A stretch of DNA of 64,000 nucleotides, taken from IMG/VR virus record IMGVR_UViG_3300020498_000003, one strand, 5' to 3'. The position numbers and the translations under genes were made by a program. The DNA is from a virus (Duplodnaviria > Heunggongvirae > Uroviricota > Caudoviricetes). Below, in pieces: positions 63,310 to 64,000 of the stretch (position 1 is the first letter of the stretch; each line of letters begins with the position of its first letter). The notes below the pieces were generated by a model. The model was given only the letters and a program-made list of their open reading frames with translations, did not search any database and was not told the origin of the DNA.

Positions 63310-63564
63310 TCAGAAGGGCATGTCAAGAGGAGGAGGACCAGCGGAAATTTCAGGAGACTCCATCAACTTTTGCATCTCTTCCAACTCTGCCAATACATCT
63401 TGTGGGATTGGTCCCTTTTCAATTACTGGAACAAGAAGAAAATCTCCATGATCTTCAGTTGTCACTCGTAAAGACATACGATTCCGTCCAACAAGAACTT
63501 CACAGATAAACTCTGCATTTTCAGTAAGTTCTTGGAGATTAATTACAGGTACTTGTGTGTTCAT
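63310..63564 (-). CDS. hypothetical acidic protein (84 aa)
   Basis: Minus ORF; ATGA coupling with 63561..63758. Confidence 0.45.
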   Translation of the reverse strand: MNTQVPVINLQELTENAEFICEVLVGRNRMSLRVTTEDHGDFLLVPVIEKGPIPQDVLAELEEMQKLMESPEISAGPPPLDMPF

Positions 63565-63758
63565 AGCTTAAATTTAATCTGTTCAGTAGGAAGGATTTGT
63601 TGGCAGAATTCTACCATATTTTGGAATTCCTGCAACCCCTCAGCATCAAAATTACAGGATACATCTTTGTATTCCCCATCAGATCCATGCATTTCAACTG
63701 TGCGTTTAGCAAAGTCTATTACTACATGTTCTAAAGTAGAATCATCTCTAATATTCAT
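63561..63758 (-). CDS. hypothetical protein (65 aa)
   Basis: ATG ~30 nt downstream of the TTGACA-N17-TACAAT promoter. Confidence 0.45.
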   Translation of the reverse strand: MNIRDDSTLEHVVIDFAKRTVEMHGSDGEYKDVSCNFDAEGLQEFQNMVEFCQQILPTEQIKFKL

Positions 63759-63787
63759 AGAAGTTGTCTCTGAAGGGCTACAGAGTT

Positions 63788-63816
63788 ATTGTACAGGGTC
63801 TTGGGTCCCCTGTCAA
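63788..63816 (-). promoter_or_regulatory. sigma70-type early promoter TTGACA-N17-TACAAT
   Basis: Minus TTGACA at ~63811-63816 and TACAAT at ~63788-63793, with a 17-nt spacer. Lies between the partial ORF's stop and the 65-aa ORF. Confidence 0.6.
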
Positions 63817-63824
63817 GCCCTCAT

Positions 63825-64000
63825 CAGTTAAGTTTAATTACAGCAGCAGTCAGTGCCATAGTTGCTGTTGCTGTAAGATTCATTGTTGATCCAGAGAATA
63901 TTGACATTGGACCAGATGCAGCATTGATTGACATTGCACCCTTTAAGCAGGATAATACCATTGCACCTGCTCCTGCAGTAATGAATACACCAGGAGCACC
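63825..64000 (-). CDS. C-terminal part of a G/A/S/T-rich small protein (N-terminus beyond window end)
   Basis: Stop-free minus frame ...GAPGVFITAGAGAMVLSCLKGAMSINAASGPMSIFSGSTMNLTATATMALTAAVIKLN-stop, ending TGA at ~63825. Confidence 0.4.

Noticed and set aside
1-64000. CRISPR arrays, rRNA, IS/transposase or integrase genes
   Set aside because: I found no direct-repeat/spacer periodicity, no rRNA-like conserved stretches and no transposase or integrase motifs. The only dispersed repeats are the promoter/terminator families and the TTTTCCACA palindromes.

Overview
The window looks like a piece of a T4-like marine myovirus genome (cyanophage- or pelagiphage-like): AT-rich, with almost every gene on the minus strand. 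Reading from high to low coordinates (the direction of transcription):

1. A cluster of five tRNAs (Met, Ile, Leu, Thr, Asn) interrupted by an S-adenosylmethionine decarboxylase gene (speD/SpeH class) and small ORFs.
2. A long tail-fibre module with a T7-gp17-like domain, TQTLxNK fibre repeats, two paralogous fibres with swapped C-terminal domains, two Gly-rich proteins, and a two-domain protein with a Methyltransf_24-type C-terminal half.
3. An early-gene region (~22-45 kb) of more than 70 tiny, mostly translationally coupled ORFs. These are driven by a repeated hairpin-embedded sigma70-like promoter/terminator family. The region includes an SF2 helicase, a KxDG ligase-like nucleotidyltransferase, a possible nuclease, an SPFH protein with membrane micro-ORFs, a Pyr_excise-like glycosylase, a thioredoxin-like protein, a histone-H1-like protein and HTH/Zn-finger proteins.
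4. A baseplate module: a 1568-aa protein, a PAAR spike tip, gp25, and gp6.
5. A giant ORF that starts at ~12890 and runs without a stop past position 1 (at least 4296 aa), full of tandem GSGY repeat modules.

The six-frame track misses this giant ORF (it has no stop inside the window), several sub-60-aa genes, and the real (TTG) start of speD. The plus-strand ORFs in the track are judged to be antisense artefacts. Coordinates derived by hand are approximate (±1-3 nt).
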